A program made the position numbers and the translations under genes. From positions 43,152,001 through 43,216,000 of the forward strand of contig OZ024741.1 in NCBI GenBank assembly GCA_964016885.1: a stretch of 64,000 nucleotides of DNA, read 5' to 3'. The DNA comes from Eledone cirrhosa. Taxonomy: Eukaryota. The notes beneath the pieces are model-generated. The model was given only the letters and a program-made list of their open reading frames with translations, was not told where the DNA came from and made no database searches. Shown here piece by piece: positions 1 through 14,000 of the stretch. The first letter of the stretch is position 1. Every line of letters starts with the position of its first letter.

Positions 1-1332
1 TAATAATAATAAAGGTCATGAAATCGCTCCCGTAAGTTTTTAATTTTTAACATATTTAAATCAATTGTGAAATAACAATTCTTAGTACAAATGATGCATA
101 AAGCACCAGACTCAAGCCTCAGAAAGATTCGGATCCATAATATATTGTTATATTGCTCAAATATTCAGTTTTGTCATATACATTTTACATTCAAAAAAGA
201 AAATGTTTATAAATGAAGAAAACCTCCTCTGTCTCCACTATATAGAACAGCCAAATAACAGCAATTTCACCAACACCACAACCTAGATACACCACCTACC
301 ACATCACACCTCTGTGTACACTAAATACAACAGCCAGATAACGGCAATTTCACCACCACCACCACCATTCCCAGCATAATATTTATAATTACTATTATTA
401 TTGTCTCAAGTCTTCACAAAATGTTTAATTCCAATATTAAGAAAATATGTCAACACATATACGCGACTAACCCCATAGATTCACCGATCAAACAAAAATA
501 CAGTCTATTCAACAAAACTCAGTAACGACAACACCATCACTACAGTCACCGCCGCCACCACCCATCCATTATTACTACCACTATCCCATCACCGCCGCCA
601 CCACTCCTTCATTGCTACCACCACTATTCCCCCATTACCTTCTGTTAACTTAGGAAAGGGGAAGGTGGCGGTATCACTAGACAATATTAATAAACAAGAT
701 TAATATTTAATTTTGGATCAGGAATGTTAGAGTCGAAAAGGAGAACAATGGCAAAATGACTAAGTAGCTAAATAGCTAAAGAAAATTTCACCACCAACAC
801 CACCACCACTACCACGATGAAAACTCTGATCAAGTCGCCTCAACCGCTATTTCTACTCCAACTTCAACACCATCACTACAGTACTACGATCACATCACCA
901 CCACCACCACTGCCTCATTATCGCTACCGCCGCCATTCTCTCCCGCTACCCCCTGCTACATCGTAGTGTCCCCACTAAAAGAGGAAGGGATCAAAATATA
1001 TAAATAGACTGAATTCAAAAATCAAAATCAAAACTAGCACAGCAACAACGAAAAACGTAAAGAAAAGAAAGATGAAGAGAAAAACAAACAGACGGAGAGA
1101 GAAGGGCAGGGAAAAACTAAGTCAGACATTCAAACATTACATTACAATGAAACTTATGCTTATTCATTTTTGTTTTTTTGGGGGGGCTGTTTGTTTGTTT
1201 GTTTATTTATGTTCGTCTACAGCGTGATAATGCCACACAAAAATCACCGGGAGTGACGAAATCACCGAAGGTGATGAAATGACCGGTGGTTATGTAACCA
1301 TACATTCGCCAATCCTCGATAAGAGTGTTTAA

Positions 1333-4300
1333 ATGTCGACCCTAAACAGTTCGAATAACGGTGAAATGAAGACTAGAATGTCATGTGGCAGACTCTCACC
1401 CAACATGTGCTCCCTGGCTCAGCAGCAGGGACCTGGCTATTAACCAAATACTGCTGGTGTCGGAGGAAGAAGAAGGAAACAGACCAGAACCAACTGGACG
1501 AAAGAATTGAATAGAACTGTTATGCAATATTACCTGAAGAGTAACCCCAAGGAGAAAGGCTATAGGAAACGGATGCATGACATCTGGAACGAGATTGGTC
1601 TATTTAAATTAGATGAACAAAAATTGACCGGCCAGGCTCGGGTAATAAGAACTAATGGGTGGATAAGCGAGCTGGAACTGGAGGAACTGAGCAGAGAGAT
1701 TAGCTTGGAGATGGAGAGTGGAGTATGCCAGGCAAACGAGCCAGTGGGAAATGAAGGTGAAGAGGTCGAGAGAACGGAGGAACCACCCGAAGCAGACAAT
1801 GATCTGAATGCTGAGATAAATAATACCTGGAACAGAGATACGGCCACTGAGGAGATGAATGCTGACGGGCTAGGACAAGATTTGGTTGATATCCTAAACT
1901 TAGTGGTAGATGAATTGAACAATGATAGTGGGAAACCTATGTACCTAAGATTTGTAGACAGGAAAAAGTTAAAAGAAACAATAGCTAAGTTAAACAAAGT
2001 CATCCCATACCTTGAGGCGAGGAGCCTTCACCAGTGTAACAATATCCTCAAAGCAACAGCAAATACGATGAGGAAACTACTTGGTATAAAAGCGAGAGGA
2101 AACAACAGACAAGAAAGATCAGAGCCTTGGTGGAAGAAACGACTGAATGGTCAAATCAGGGAAATTAAAAATGACATTGGAAAGCTTGAGTCCCTACCGA
2201 ATGGGACACTAAAAGACATAGACACTAAAAATAGACTATAAATAAAGTACAAAACTAGAAGGAAAAAGCTAAATATTATCATAGAGGAACTGAAGCAACG
2301 CATTGTAGGAAAGAGTGCACAAATCAGGCGATACGAGAACAGAGTCAGTCAGTATAGACAGAACCGCATGTTCGACAACAACCAGAAGATGCTGTTTGGA
2401 CAGCTTGAAGGGAAAGAAAGAGGCAACGACTTTATCCCTGAGGCGGAACAAACTAAAACATTCTGGAGAGGAATATGGGAGCAGGACGTTAAACATAATG
2501 ACCAGGCAGTGTGGATTGAGACAGTACAGCAGGAGATTAGTGAACAGGCACACCAACAAACTGATTTGAGTATCACAGTTGAAACTCTTAAGGGGCAGGC
2601 CAAAAACTAACCAACTGGAAATCACCAAGCCCAGATGGTGTGCAGGTGTATTGGATTAAAAATATAACATCCCTCCACCCGAAACTGACAACCATGTTCA
2701 ATGACTGCTTGATGTCAGGTGAGGTACCAGAGTGGTTGACTAAAGGTACCACAGTTCGGATAATGAAAGACCGAATCAAGGGTAATGATGTTACCAACTA
2801 TAGACCTATCACATGTCTGTCCGTAATGTGGAAACTGTTGACAAGCATTATGTCTGAGGAAATCTACCATTACCTCCACACAAACAACTTGTTACCGGAC
2901 GAACAGAAAGGATTCCGAAAGAAGTCACGTGGTACAAAGGACCAGTTACTTATTGATAAGATGGTAGTGAGGAATTGCAACAGGAGACACACTGGTCTTA
3001 TCATGGGGTGGATAGACTACAAAAAGGCATTTGACATGGTGCCTCATTCTTGGATCACCAAAAGCCTGGAGATTTTCAAGGTGGCAGATAACATCAGACA
3101 GTTGATGGGCAAAAGTATGAAGTCCTGGGAAACAGAGTTAACATCAACTGGAGAATCCTTGGGAAGCGTGAAGATCAAGAGAGGTATCTTCCAGGGAGAT
3201 AGTCTGTCCCCTCTGTTGTTTGTCCTTGCCCTGATGCCCTGACCAGTGTACTGCGAAAAGTGAGAGCAGGATACAGGTTGGGAAAGAGAGGGCTTACCAT
3301 CAATCACCTCCTCTTCATGGACGATCTTAAGCTCTTCGGGAAGAGTGAGATGGAGTTCGATATGCTTGTTGACACTGTCCGTATTTTCGGCAATGATATA
3401 TTTATGCAATTTGGTATTAATAAGTGTGGAGTCATTGTGATGAGGAGGGGTAAATTGAGCAGAAGTAACGGAATCCAGGTACCAACAGGTGAAATTATAA
3501 AGGAAATTGACTCTGAAGAAGGATACAAATATTTGGGCGTTCTGGAGGCTGATGACATCAAGAACAAAAAAATGAAGGAATTGATAAGAACTGAATACCT
3601 TCGGAGAGTAAGGAGCGTATTAAAGTCACATCTGAACAGTAGGAATGCCATAAGTGCAGTAAATTCCCGAGCTGTGTCTATTATTAGGTACAGTGCGGGA
3701 ATTCTGAGATGGAATGTTGCTGAACAAAAGGAAATAGATAGGAAGACTAGGAAGCTATTGACTATCTACAACATGTTCCACAAGAGGAGTGATGTCAATA
3801 GACTCTACTTAAGGAGTTCTGAAGGTGGAAGAGGTCTTATCAGCATAGAGGACTGTGTTCAGATGGAGAAAAACAACCTACACAAATACGTGACTGATAG
3901 TAAGGAGCCAATGCTCAGAACTGTACTGAAGGAGAGGACAATAGACCAGGGGATGTCCAAGGAGGAAATAACATCAAGGAGGAAGAGCAGCCTTCAGCTA
4001 AAATCCCTTCATAGTACCTTCTTTGAGAAAACTGAATTTAGAGATCCACAGACATGGAACTGGTTGAAAAGAGGAGACCTTAAAAAGGCTTCAGAAGGAA
4101 TGTTAATGGCTGCGCAGGAGCAGGCCCTCAAAACGAAGTGGTTGAAACACCATATTTACAAGGAGGAGGCTAGCCCACTGTGCAGGATATGTGGAGAGAG
4201 AGAGGAGACTGTGGCTCACATTGTATCCGAGTGTAAACACCTAGCCCAGACTCACTATAAGGGCTGGAGACATGATGTGATGGGCAGGGTGATCCACTGG

Positions 4301-4866
4301 CACCTATGCAAAGTAAACAATTGACCACATTCTGAGAAATGGTATGAGCATAAGCCAGAGTCGGTGATAGAAAACGATCAGGTGAAGGTGCTGTAGGATT
4401 TTAGGATACAGACTGACAAGAAACTGGAACACAATAGAGCTGATCTGGTGGTTGTGGACAAAGAAAAAAGATCGTGTCTGATTGTGGTTGTGGCCTGCCC
4501 ATTCGACACGAGAGTGCAAGAGAAGGAGAGGGAGAAAATTAACCGATACCAGGACTTAAAGTGGGAGGTAAAAAGGATTTGGAACTGCCATGAAGTCAAA
4601 GTGATCCCGATTGTCACATGCGCACTAGGGACTATCTCAAAAAGTTTCCAGGGATGGTTAAAGAAAATTGGCCCCTTTACGCTTTTTGGAACGCTTCAAA
4701 AGGCATGCTTGCTGGGAACAGCAAGAACCATCCGATACGTCCTGAATATCTGAGGCTGCAGGTAGTGGCTTGATATTCATTACAACAAACTTTCCAGTTA
4801 ACTGACTGAGGTAGTGGCTTGATATTCATTTCAACAAACTTTCCAGTTAAATGACTGAGACTCAAA

Positions 4867-4868
<2 letters not shown>
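1333..4868 (+). mobile_element. R4/Dong-like non-LTR retrotransposon (RT plus restriction-like endonuclease), near full length, inactivated
   Basis: ATG at 1333 is in frame with ORF 1507. N-terminal WTKELNR..GYRKRMHDIW; RT motifs NYRPITCL, WIDYKKAFDMVPH, GIFQGDSLSPLLF, HLLFMDDLKL; CCHC finger CRICGEREETVAHIVSEC; RHD and RLE motif (RADLVVVDK..ACPFD..KINRYQDL). Several stops and frameshifts; ends in a (TAA)n tract. Confidence 0.92.
4760..4860 (+). repeat. ~49-bp tandem duplication in the 3' UTR of the Dong-like element
   Basis: aggtagtggcttgatattcatt(a/t)caacaaactttccagttaa(c/a)tgactgag occurs twice head to tail. Confidence 0.9.

Positions 4869-4930
<62 letters not shown>
4868..4930. repeat. 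(AAT)n microsatellite shared by the 3' ends of the Dong-like (+) and Tx1-like (-) elements
   Basis: Pure AAT run between two convergent element ends. Confidence 0.97.
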
Positions 4931-4932
<2 letters not shown>

Positions 4933-7900
4933 TTTCTTTATTGGCCACAAGGGCTGACATCAAGAAAAACATCACAGACGGAACAGGACGGTACGATGTG
5001 GGTTTTGTGCGTGTAAATATTTTTATTATTTATATAAGAAAAGAAAAAAAAGACAAACATATATATATATAAACAATAAAATGAAAATTGAAACAATGAA
5101 CAATTCCCCAATAGGGGGGAAATCTCCGAGGGTTACTCGTGGCGAAAACCACACAAAAGACCACGGCCACCCTGACCACCAGGGCAAGCGCCCTCTCTTA
5201 ATTTTTTCATCTCTCAAACTACAGACGTATATTCAGAGTGGTCCCGTTCACTCGGACCATTCTCACTACATTCACCCACCTTTCAACAAACTTGCTAGAA
5301 AGCAGCACTTGCCTCTCCACCCTGATTTTCCTCTTCAAGTGAAACTTGAAAAAGTTAATTAGGGATTCGCCGAAGAGGAAAGTGTTTGTCTTTAATCCTT
5401 TTAACCTTGTCCACCACACAATCTATTTCGCATGGCCACCAGGCAGATGAAAACCGCCTGCCCTTCTTTCTCGAAGGAAGACGGCGAGACCATCTGCACA
5501 ATGGACTCAGTCGATAACCGGATCAGTCCCACACGCAACAGCAACTGTTCGACATAGCTCCACAAGTCAGTAATGCTCGGGCACTGAACGAGTGCGTGCA
5601 CAACGGTTTCGTCGCTATGCGTGCATCTCGGACAGGATCGGCTGACGGAACTTCCGTGACTGTAGAGCTTATCTCGAACCGGCAGCGCTCCCCGGTAGCA
5701 CTGCCAGGCCAGGGATTTTTGGTAGTTATCCATAGGCCCCGGGCTGAAAGTTCTCCGGAAGAGAGCAAACAGATGATCTTCTTCGACGCCCAGGATCTCT
5801 CCGAGAATGTCGTCGCTCTTCCCCTCCACTAGTCCACTATAGAACGCCGAGGTGGATGTTCCACCGATACTGGTGCCCAACTGGGAGAGGGCAGTGAGCG
5901 CCTGAAGACATTCCAGTTTCCAAGCGCTATCCCTCGGTCTTTTTCTGACTCAGGACTGCAGCTCCGTCAAGGAGACGAGCTGTGGGAAAACGTGCCTGGC
6001 GAACGGCGACCACATGCATTCACCATCAAGAAGCACCAGAGATGTCGCACCTCAGCGCATGTTTGCGCATCATCAGCCATGGCATGCCCACTCCTCCACG
6101 CAACGGGTGTTGACAAGAGATGGATCGTCTGACCATGGGAGCGCGTCCCTTCCACAAAAAGCAGAAGGGGAGGCGCTCCATTTTAGTGAGAGTTGGGCCG
6201 GAGCAAGGGCCGACGGTGAGGCGGTAGCAGATGACGGATGCAATGTACGCATTCGCCACTTCCGCCCTGCCTTTTAGGGACAGCTTCCTCTCAGCCCATT
6301 TCTGGGTGAGGGAGGCCACCCTGCTCATCACCTCGTTCCAGTTTTTCTCCATCTGGAGGTCCGGTCCGAATCAGACCCCTAGCAATTTAACCGGTCCGTC
6401 AGTCCAACGCTCCACGACGCTGTCGGACGGCATGGACTTGCTTCTCCAGGTGCCTAGCTGCAAGCCCACCGACTTTTCCTGATTTATCTTTGCTCCTGTC
6501 ACCGCTTCGTATTCCTTGAAAGCGGTGCCGAGCATTTGGACGTGTCTGGTGCTCGACACCACCACGGTGACGTCGTCAGCGTAAGCCGACACTGATTTCC
6601 CGCATCCTAGTTCGCGTGGGACGCCCCTCATCGCTCCCAGTTTGTGCAGTAACGGCTCGAGAGCCAATACGTACAAGAGTGACGAGAGGGGACAACCATG
6701 GCTGACTGAGCGCATGATGCTGAACGGCTGCGACACGTTACCGTCACCCTCACAACTGAGCAGATGTCGCTGTACATTGCTGCGATCCAACGCCTGAAAA
6801 CGGGCCCGAAACCGGCTGCCTCGAGGACCGCCGCCAGGTACCGATGGTCGGCCCTATCGAATGCTTTGGATTGATCCAAGTTGATCAGGGCCCCACCCTT
6901 GCCAGGTTCCTTAACCACCCTCTCTGATGTATCGCATGAGGTGGAGGTTGTCGTGTATGGATCTGTCCGGGATGGCGCATGTCTGCGCCTCTCGCAGCAG
7001 ACCCTTGACGACAAGTGCCAACGTCGTTGCTAACACCTTTGCCAAAATCTTGAACTCTGCGTTTAGCAGGGTTATGGTCCTGAAATTATCAATAACATCC
7101 CCCTTGTTCGGGTCTTTCTCAGCAGCGCCACTGCTCCCCGGCTCACAAAACTGGGAATTCTCCCTTTGTGCTGCCAGTTGCAGTAGACGTCTGCCAAGAG
7201 GTCACCGAACAAGTCTGGCATAAATGCGTAAAGCTTGTAGAGCAGACCATCTAAACCTGGCGATTTACCTCTTAGCCATCGCTTCCCGTATTTCACCGAC
7301 TGTTATTGGCTTTTCGCAACACTGTGCTGCGGTCGTCGAGAGCCGAGGCAGAAGGTCGAGGTATACACTGAAGTCCATGCCCTGATCCGGGCCGCCGCCG
7401 CTCCCGAACAGTTCAGCAAAGTGCTGCTGAAAAGCTTCACACATCCGCTCGGGTTCCGAGCATCACGCACCCGTTTCGGTCAGGCAAAGACCGAATTGTG
7501 ACTTTGTTGCCACGTCGCGCCTCTGCCACCCGGGCCCATTGGACGGCTTTTGTCCCCTCGTGTTTCAGAGCACGGGCTCTAGCTCTGACAACGCAGCCTT
7601 CGTGTTTTGCGTTGAGGAATTGGTCGACTGCCAATCTCGCCGCAAGCAAGTCGGTTGCGATGCCTGTCTTAAACGCCTCTTCTAGCTTTCTGACTAGCCC
7701 TCCTTCTACTCTATTTTCCTCTATCACAACTCCTTTGCTAAACCTAATCGACTCTAATTTAATTGCCCTTTTCAGGGCGACACACCACCGGTTGTTGACG
7801 ACCGCTCCCGTCTACGCCTGCTTAACTAATACGCTAATCCGGTCTCTGTAGGCCTTGCGCGCCGGGAAAGACGCGTTCAGCTTCCAGTAACCAGGCCCTT

Positions 7901-10900
7901 GTCTATGAAGTCTGTCTGTGTCGACCTCACAGATCACAAATTTGTGGTCTGTGTAGTCGACTATTTTAAATTGTGGACAACTTATACTGGCCTTATCTAG
8001 TTCCCTGCAGAATACCCTATCTAGATACGATCTGGATGACCCGATGCGGTTTGTCCATGTCCACATTGGCACATTCGGATGATCCAGTCCATACCTGTCA
8101 GACAGCTCAAAACGTCTGAGCAGGTTGGTGAGGCTCTTGCACCCTCCTCCACTATCCACTATCCCCACACGATCCCAGCGTGCATCCAAGATACCGTTCC
8201 AGTCGCTCACTAACACTAAAGAGCGGAACGTTCCAAGAAAGGTCTCTAGCCGTCTGAAGAAAACTGGCCGTCCTGCCCCTCTTGGGGCGTAGACGGCTAC
8301 TAGCCTGAAAGCATTGCCTTCGCTGCCGGTCACGTCCAGCACCACCGTCTCACCTCTGGGTCCAGGAAGTTGGCCCGTATCGCGAGATCCAAGCCTCTCG
8401 GAAAAGGACGGCAACCCCTCCCCCTGATCCTGGACGGCTGGGAGATGCGTATATATCGTAGCCGCCGAAGATCGGTGCGAAGGCCCGTGCCTCGGAGATT
8501 CTGGTTTCACTGATGGCCACCACATCTATGTTTAGTGACCTGAGGTCATTGAGCAGGTGACCCTGCTTCCAAGATGACCCCAGGCCACGTGCATTTATAC
8601 TGCCTATTCTGAGTACAGCCATGTTGGATGAGAAGCGGGGCTAATGAGAAAGGGTCACTTACCTTGTTCGTATGGTGAAGGGACAGTAGAACCGTCCCCT
8701 TCGCTGGTCATTGGTGTTTCCAAGAGGATGTCAGTGTATATCCTCTTGGTAGCCGCCCCTCTGAAGTCTCCAACCGCACTGGGGAATTTTTGTTTTAAAG
8801 GTTTGTACTGTTCTATTGAGATTTCGATGATGCTTATGTTTGTCGGGAGAGTTCTTGGTGTTGGTGGGGTGTAGTAGTTTTTTTCAGTGATGTCTGTGTG
8901 CAGCTTTATATATTTTATGAGTTCTTCTTTTGCTATGTTTATCGCTGTGTACTTTTTGGGGGGAGGGGTGATTTTTTGCCGTTTTCTTCTTGTTGCTGTT
9001 TGGTGTGTGTGTCTTGTTGTGTTTGCGTTGTTGGTGTTTCTGGTGGTGTTTCTGCAAGTTTCCTTGCTGCCTTTACCCCTCTTTGTATGCCTTCGCTTTT
9101 GGAGGGAGAATCTAAGGGTTTTTTTGTTTTTTTGTTTTTTGTGGCAGACTGTTTGCCACGTCACTCCCGCCTCAAACTCCATGTCGGATTCTTTGGCGTC
9201 TGGGAGGGGTATGTGCTCCAGGGCTGTTGGTGGTGGTAGTGGAGCCCTCTTCCGCAATTTTGTTGCTGGTGTAGCTATTTCAAATGTAGCTATTGGTGTT
9301 GCCGCTACTGATGATGCTGCTTTAGTTATCCGTGGCCTTGGTACGGGTGCTACGGACGTTGCCCTCCTACTCACCGTGGAAGGGCTTCTTCGTTTGTTGC
9401 CTGTCCTGCACTTGGTAGCAACGGACCAGGTATTGGAAGGAGAGGGGCCCTCTTCGATGTCTTCTGCGGGCAAAAGGCCCTGAGGTGACCTTTCGACCCA
9501 CAGAGATAACATTTTGGCCGTCTTCCTTCTACACTTATAGGGAGTTGGAGTCCTTCCTGGAAGTCTATGATATCGGGGATAGCCTCGATACATTCCTGGT
9601 CAGTTTGTATAAGCATTTGCATGCCTATACCTGACCAGTTCTCTCTCCCTATTTTTTCTACTACAGCATGGTCGCCCTGTTCTCAATTCCAGCAAGGACA
9701 GACGCGGACAGCCAAGGTATGGGCACGTTGGGTGGGACCTGGGTCACTTTGACCCTCACAATTTTCTGCCCGCAGTAGGAGAGCACCAAGACTAACTCCT
9801 CACTCTTTAGGGTTTCCAAAGAGTGAGACTTTGCTTCCTGGGGGGTGACGAAAAGTACGTCTACTGTGGCGTACTTTCTGCCTCGGGTGATGTGGGTTTT
9901 GCGTGCCCAGACGCACCCCAAGGCCTATTGGATTTGAGCTTCCGTGGCTCTCTCCACTCGATGTGAGATTTTGCTTACGGTGCGGTAAATCACCGTCCGT
10001 AGCTGCTGGTCCTTGAAAAATTCGGGTGGAGATTTCAGGGAAACTCTATTTGCACTTCTTGTCACCATGGCCCTTGCGACTGCCATCTCCTCCTCTGTGA
10101 CTAACACTGTCTCGATATTTTGGGCGACACCTGCAAAAGAAGTGGTCCCTTTTTCAGCAGCACCACTATTGCTCTCGCTACTGGTCTTACTGGTGGTGCT
10201 GAGAGGTCGCTATTACAGGTATCGGTGCCATTGTTGTTGTTTTCGCTGGTACAGTTGTTGGTGTTGTTGTTGTTGATACTGTTGCTGCTGTTACTGTTAT
10301 TGTGGCTGTTGTTATTATTGTTGTTTTTGTTGATACTATTCCTACTATTATTGTTGTTGTGGCTGGTGTTATTGTCGTTGTTATTGTCGTTCTCGACCTT
10401 ACCGCTGTTATTTTTGTTATTGTCGTTCTCGACCTTACCGTTGTTATTTTTGTTATTGTCGTTCTCGACTTTACCGCTGTTATTTTTGGTGTTGTTGTAG
10501 GTGATGTTGTTGGTGTTATTGTTGGTCTTGTTTGTGTTAGAAATATTTGGTAATTTTAATTCTGTAATAATCTTTTTTCCTTTGTAATATTTTCGTTTAC
10601 ATTTACCTCCGCTGGAACGCTGTCTTGTTGACATGCTATGCAGTCTCCCTCTCTCTGTGTTGTCTGACAGCGCTCTCTCTCTGTCTTGTGTTATCCATGT
10701 TGAAATTTTTCAAAAAAATATTTTTACACAAATACGAATATGACACCCCGTAAAGGAGTGCCGTATTATTTACTAGTGAACCCCTGTATTAGGTGGGTCA
10801 CTTCTTCTAAACTTTTATCAAATTTAAAACTTGAATAAAAGGTTTAGAACGGTTGAAAAAGAGGTAAAACGTTGAAAAAGACTGGAGGCGATAAGAAGCG

Positions 10901-10910
10901 TGGCTTCACC
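4931..10910 (-). mobile_element. Tx1/L1-clade LINE copy 1, apparently full length and degenerate (ORF1 ~10634-8655, ORF2 ~8622-5219)
   Basis: ORF1 zinc knuckle CYLCGSKGHLRAFCP. ORF2 APE motifs (IGSINARGL, AISETR, AVYAP, SYLDR, TDHK, GPGYWKLN), RT motifs (KSPGLDGL, LDQSKAFDR, GCPLSSLLY, AYADD) and C-terminal CPRC..ETVVHALVQC. Many frameshifts; (AAT)n on both sides. Confidence 0.92.
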
Positions 10911-10911
10911 A

Positions 10912-10913
10912 AC

Positions 10914-10951
<38 letters not shown>

Positions 10952-11098
10952 TTTCTTTATTAACCACAAGGGTTTAAATAAAGTAGACATTAAGGACAGT
11001 GCAGGACAATACAGGACGGTACAAATGGGCATTTCTGCATGTAAAAAACAAAAACAGTGGATGTAACAAAAAAATAACAATGCAAAATAATAATAATG
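10912..11098 (-). mobile_element. (AAT)n tract plus a ~135-bp 3'-end stub of a second Tx1 subfamily and a short (AAT)n
   Basis: 10950-11065 (tttctttattaaccacaagggttta..aagtagacattaaggacag..) nearly matches the 3' end of the copy at 55472. Confidence 0.85.
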
Positions 11099-14000
11099 AT
11101 TTCTTTATTGGCCACAAGGGCTGACATCAAGAAAAAACATTACAGACGCCACAGGACAGTACAGGACGATGTGGGTTTTGTGCGTGTAAAGATTTTTATT
11201 ATTTATATAAGAAAAGAAAAAGAAAAAGTCATAGAAACATATATATATATAAACAATAAAAATGAAAATTGAAACAATGAAAAGTTTCGTTTCGAAAACC
11301 ACACAAAAGACCACGGCCACCCTGACCACCAGGGCAAGCGCCCTCTCTCAATTTTTCCATTTCTCAAACTACAGGCGTATGTTCAGAGCGGTGCCGTTCA
11401 CTCGGACCATTAACGCTACATTCACCCACCTTTCAACAAACTTGCCAGAAGGCATCACTTGCCTCTCTACCCTGATTTTCCTCTTCAAGTGAAACTTGAA
11501 AAATTAATTAGGGATTCGCCGAAGAGGAAAGTGTCTGTCTTTAACCCTTTCAACCTTGTCCACCACACAATCTCTTACGCCATGGCCACCAGACAGATGA
11601 AAACCGCCTGCCCTTCCTCCTCGAAGGAAGACGGCGAGATCATCTGCACAATGGACTTAGCCAATAACCGGATCAGTCCTACACGCGACAGCAACTGTTC
11701 GACATAGGTCCACAAGTTAGCAATGCTCCGGCACTGAACGAGTGCGTGCACGATGGTTTCGTCGCTCTGCACGCATCTCGGACAGGCTCGGTTGACGGCA
11801 CTCCCGTGCATGTAGAGCTTATCTCGAACCGGCAACGCTCCCCGGTAGCACCGGCACGCCAGGGATTTTTTGCAGTATTTCATAGGCCCTGTGCTGAAAG
11901 TTCTCCGGAAAAGAGCAAACATGATCTTCTTCGACGCCCAGGATCTCTCCGAGAGGGTCGTCGCTCTTCCCCTACACTAGTCCTCTATAGCACGCCGAAG
12001 TGGATGTTCCACCGATACTGGTGCGTACCTGACAGAGGGCGGTGAGCGCCTGGAAACATTCCAGTTTCCAACCGCTATCTCTCGGTCTTTTCCTGACCCA
12101 GGACTGTAGCTCCGTCAAGGAGACGAGCTGTGGGAAAACGTGCCTGGCGAACGGCGACCACACCTGTTCACCACTACGGAAGCAACAGTGATGTACAGCC
12201 TCAGCGCATGTTTGCGCATCATCAGCCATGGCATGCCCAGTCCTCCACGCAACGGGTGTTGCCAGCAGATGGATCGTCTGACCATGGGAGCGCGTCCCTT
12301 CAACAAAAAGTGGAAGAGGGGGCGCTCCATGTTGGTGATAGTTGGGCCGGGGCAAGGGACGACGGTGCGGCGGTAGCAGATGACGGATTCGATGTAAGCA
12401 TTCGCCACCTCCACGCGGCCTTTCAGGGACAGCTTCCTCTCCGCACATTTCTGGGTGAGACAGGCCACCCTGCTCGTCACCTCGTTCCAGTGTTTCTCCA
12501 TCTGGAGGTCCGCTCCGAACCAGACCCCTAGCAATTTAACCGATCCGTCCGTCCAACGCCCCCACAACGTTTTCGGACGACATGGACTTGCCTCTACAGG
12601 TGCCGAGCTGCAAGCCCACTGACCTTTACTGGTTTATCTTTGCTCCTGTCACCGATTAATATTCCTTAAGAGCGGGGCCGAGCATCTGGACGTGTCTGGT
12701 GCTCGACACCGCCACCGTTACGTCGTCGGCGTAAACCGACTCGGATCTCCCGCATCCTAGTTTGAGTGGGATGCCCCTCATCGCCCCCAGTTTGTGCAGT
12801 AACGGCTCGAGAGCCAATACGTACAAGAGGGACGAGAGGGGACAACCCTGGCGGACTGTTCGCATGATATTGAACTGCTGCGACAGGTGACCGTTCACCC
12901 TCACAACTGAGCAGATGTCGCTGTATCTCGCAGCGATCCAACCCCTGAAAACCGTTACGAAACCGGCTGCCTCAAGGACCGCCGCCAGGTACCGGTGGTC
13001 GACCCTATCGAATGCTTTGGATTGATCCAAGTTGATCAGGGCCCCACCCGTGCCAGGTTTCCCTAACCAACTTCTCTACGACATATCGCATGAGGTGGAG
13101 GTTGTCGTGTGGATCTTTCCGGAATGGTGCATGTCTGCGCCTCTCCCACCGGACCCTCGACGACAAGCGCCACCTCGTTTCTAACACCTTGTCCAAAATC
13201 TTCGAACTCTGCGTTTAGCAGGTTTTGGGCCTGAAGTTATCGATAACATCCCGCTTGTTCAGGTCTTTTCTCAGCAGCGACACCGCTCCCCGGCTCACAC
13301 AACTGGGAATACTCCCGTTCTGCTGCCAGTTGCAGTAGACGTCTGCCAAGAGGTCACCGAAGAAGTTTGGCATAAATGCATAAAGCTCGTAGGGCAGACC
13401 ATCCAAACCTGGTGATTTACCCCTCGTGTACTCAGCCATCGCTTCCGGTATTTCACCGACTATTATTGGCTTTTTGCAACACCGTGCTGCGATCGTCGAG
13501 AGCCGAGGTAATCCGTAGAGGTATGCACTGAAGTCCATACCCCGATTCAGCTCGCCGCTGCTCCCGGACAGTTCAGCAAAGTGCTGCGGAAAGGCCTCAC
13601 ACATCTGCTCGGGTTCGAGCAACACGCGCCCGTTTTGGTCAGACAATACCGAATTGTGGTTTGTTGCCACGTCACGCCTCTGCCACCCGGGACCATTGGA
13701 TGGTTTTTGTCCCCTCGTGTTTCAGAGCACGCGCTCTAGCTCTGACAACGCTGTCTTCGTGTTTTGCGTTGAAGAATTGGTCGAGTGTCAATCTCGCCGC
13801 AAGCACGTCGGTTGCGATTCCTGTCCTAAACGCCTCTTCTAGCTTTCTGACTAGCTCTCCCTCTACTCCATTTTCTTCTATCAATAGTCCTTTGCTAAAC
13901 ATAATCGACTCTACTTTAATTGCCCTTTTCAGGGCGAACCACCACCTCTTGTTGATGATCGCTCCCGTCAACGCCCGCTTAACTAATACGCTAATCCGGT

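Noticed and set aside
240-980. Pro/Thr-rich coding region
   Set aside because: Degenerate (ACC)n low-complexity sequence with short local duplications and no sustained ORF.
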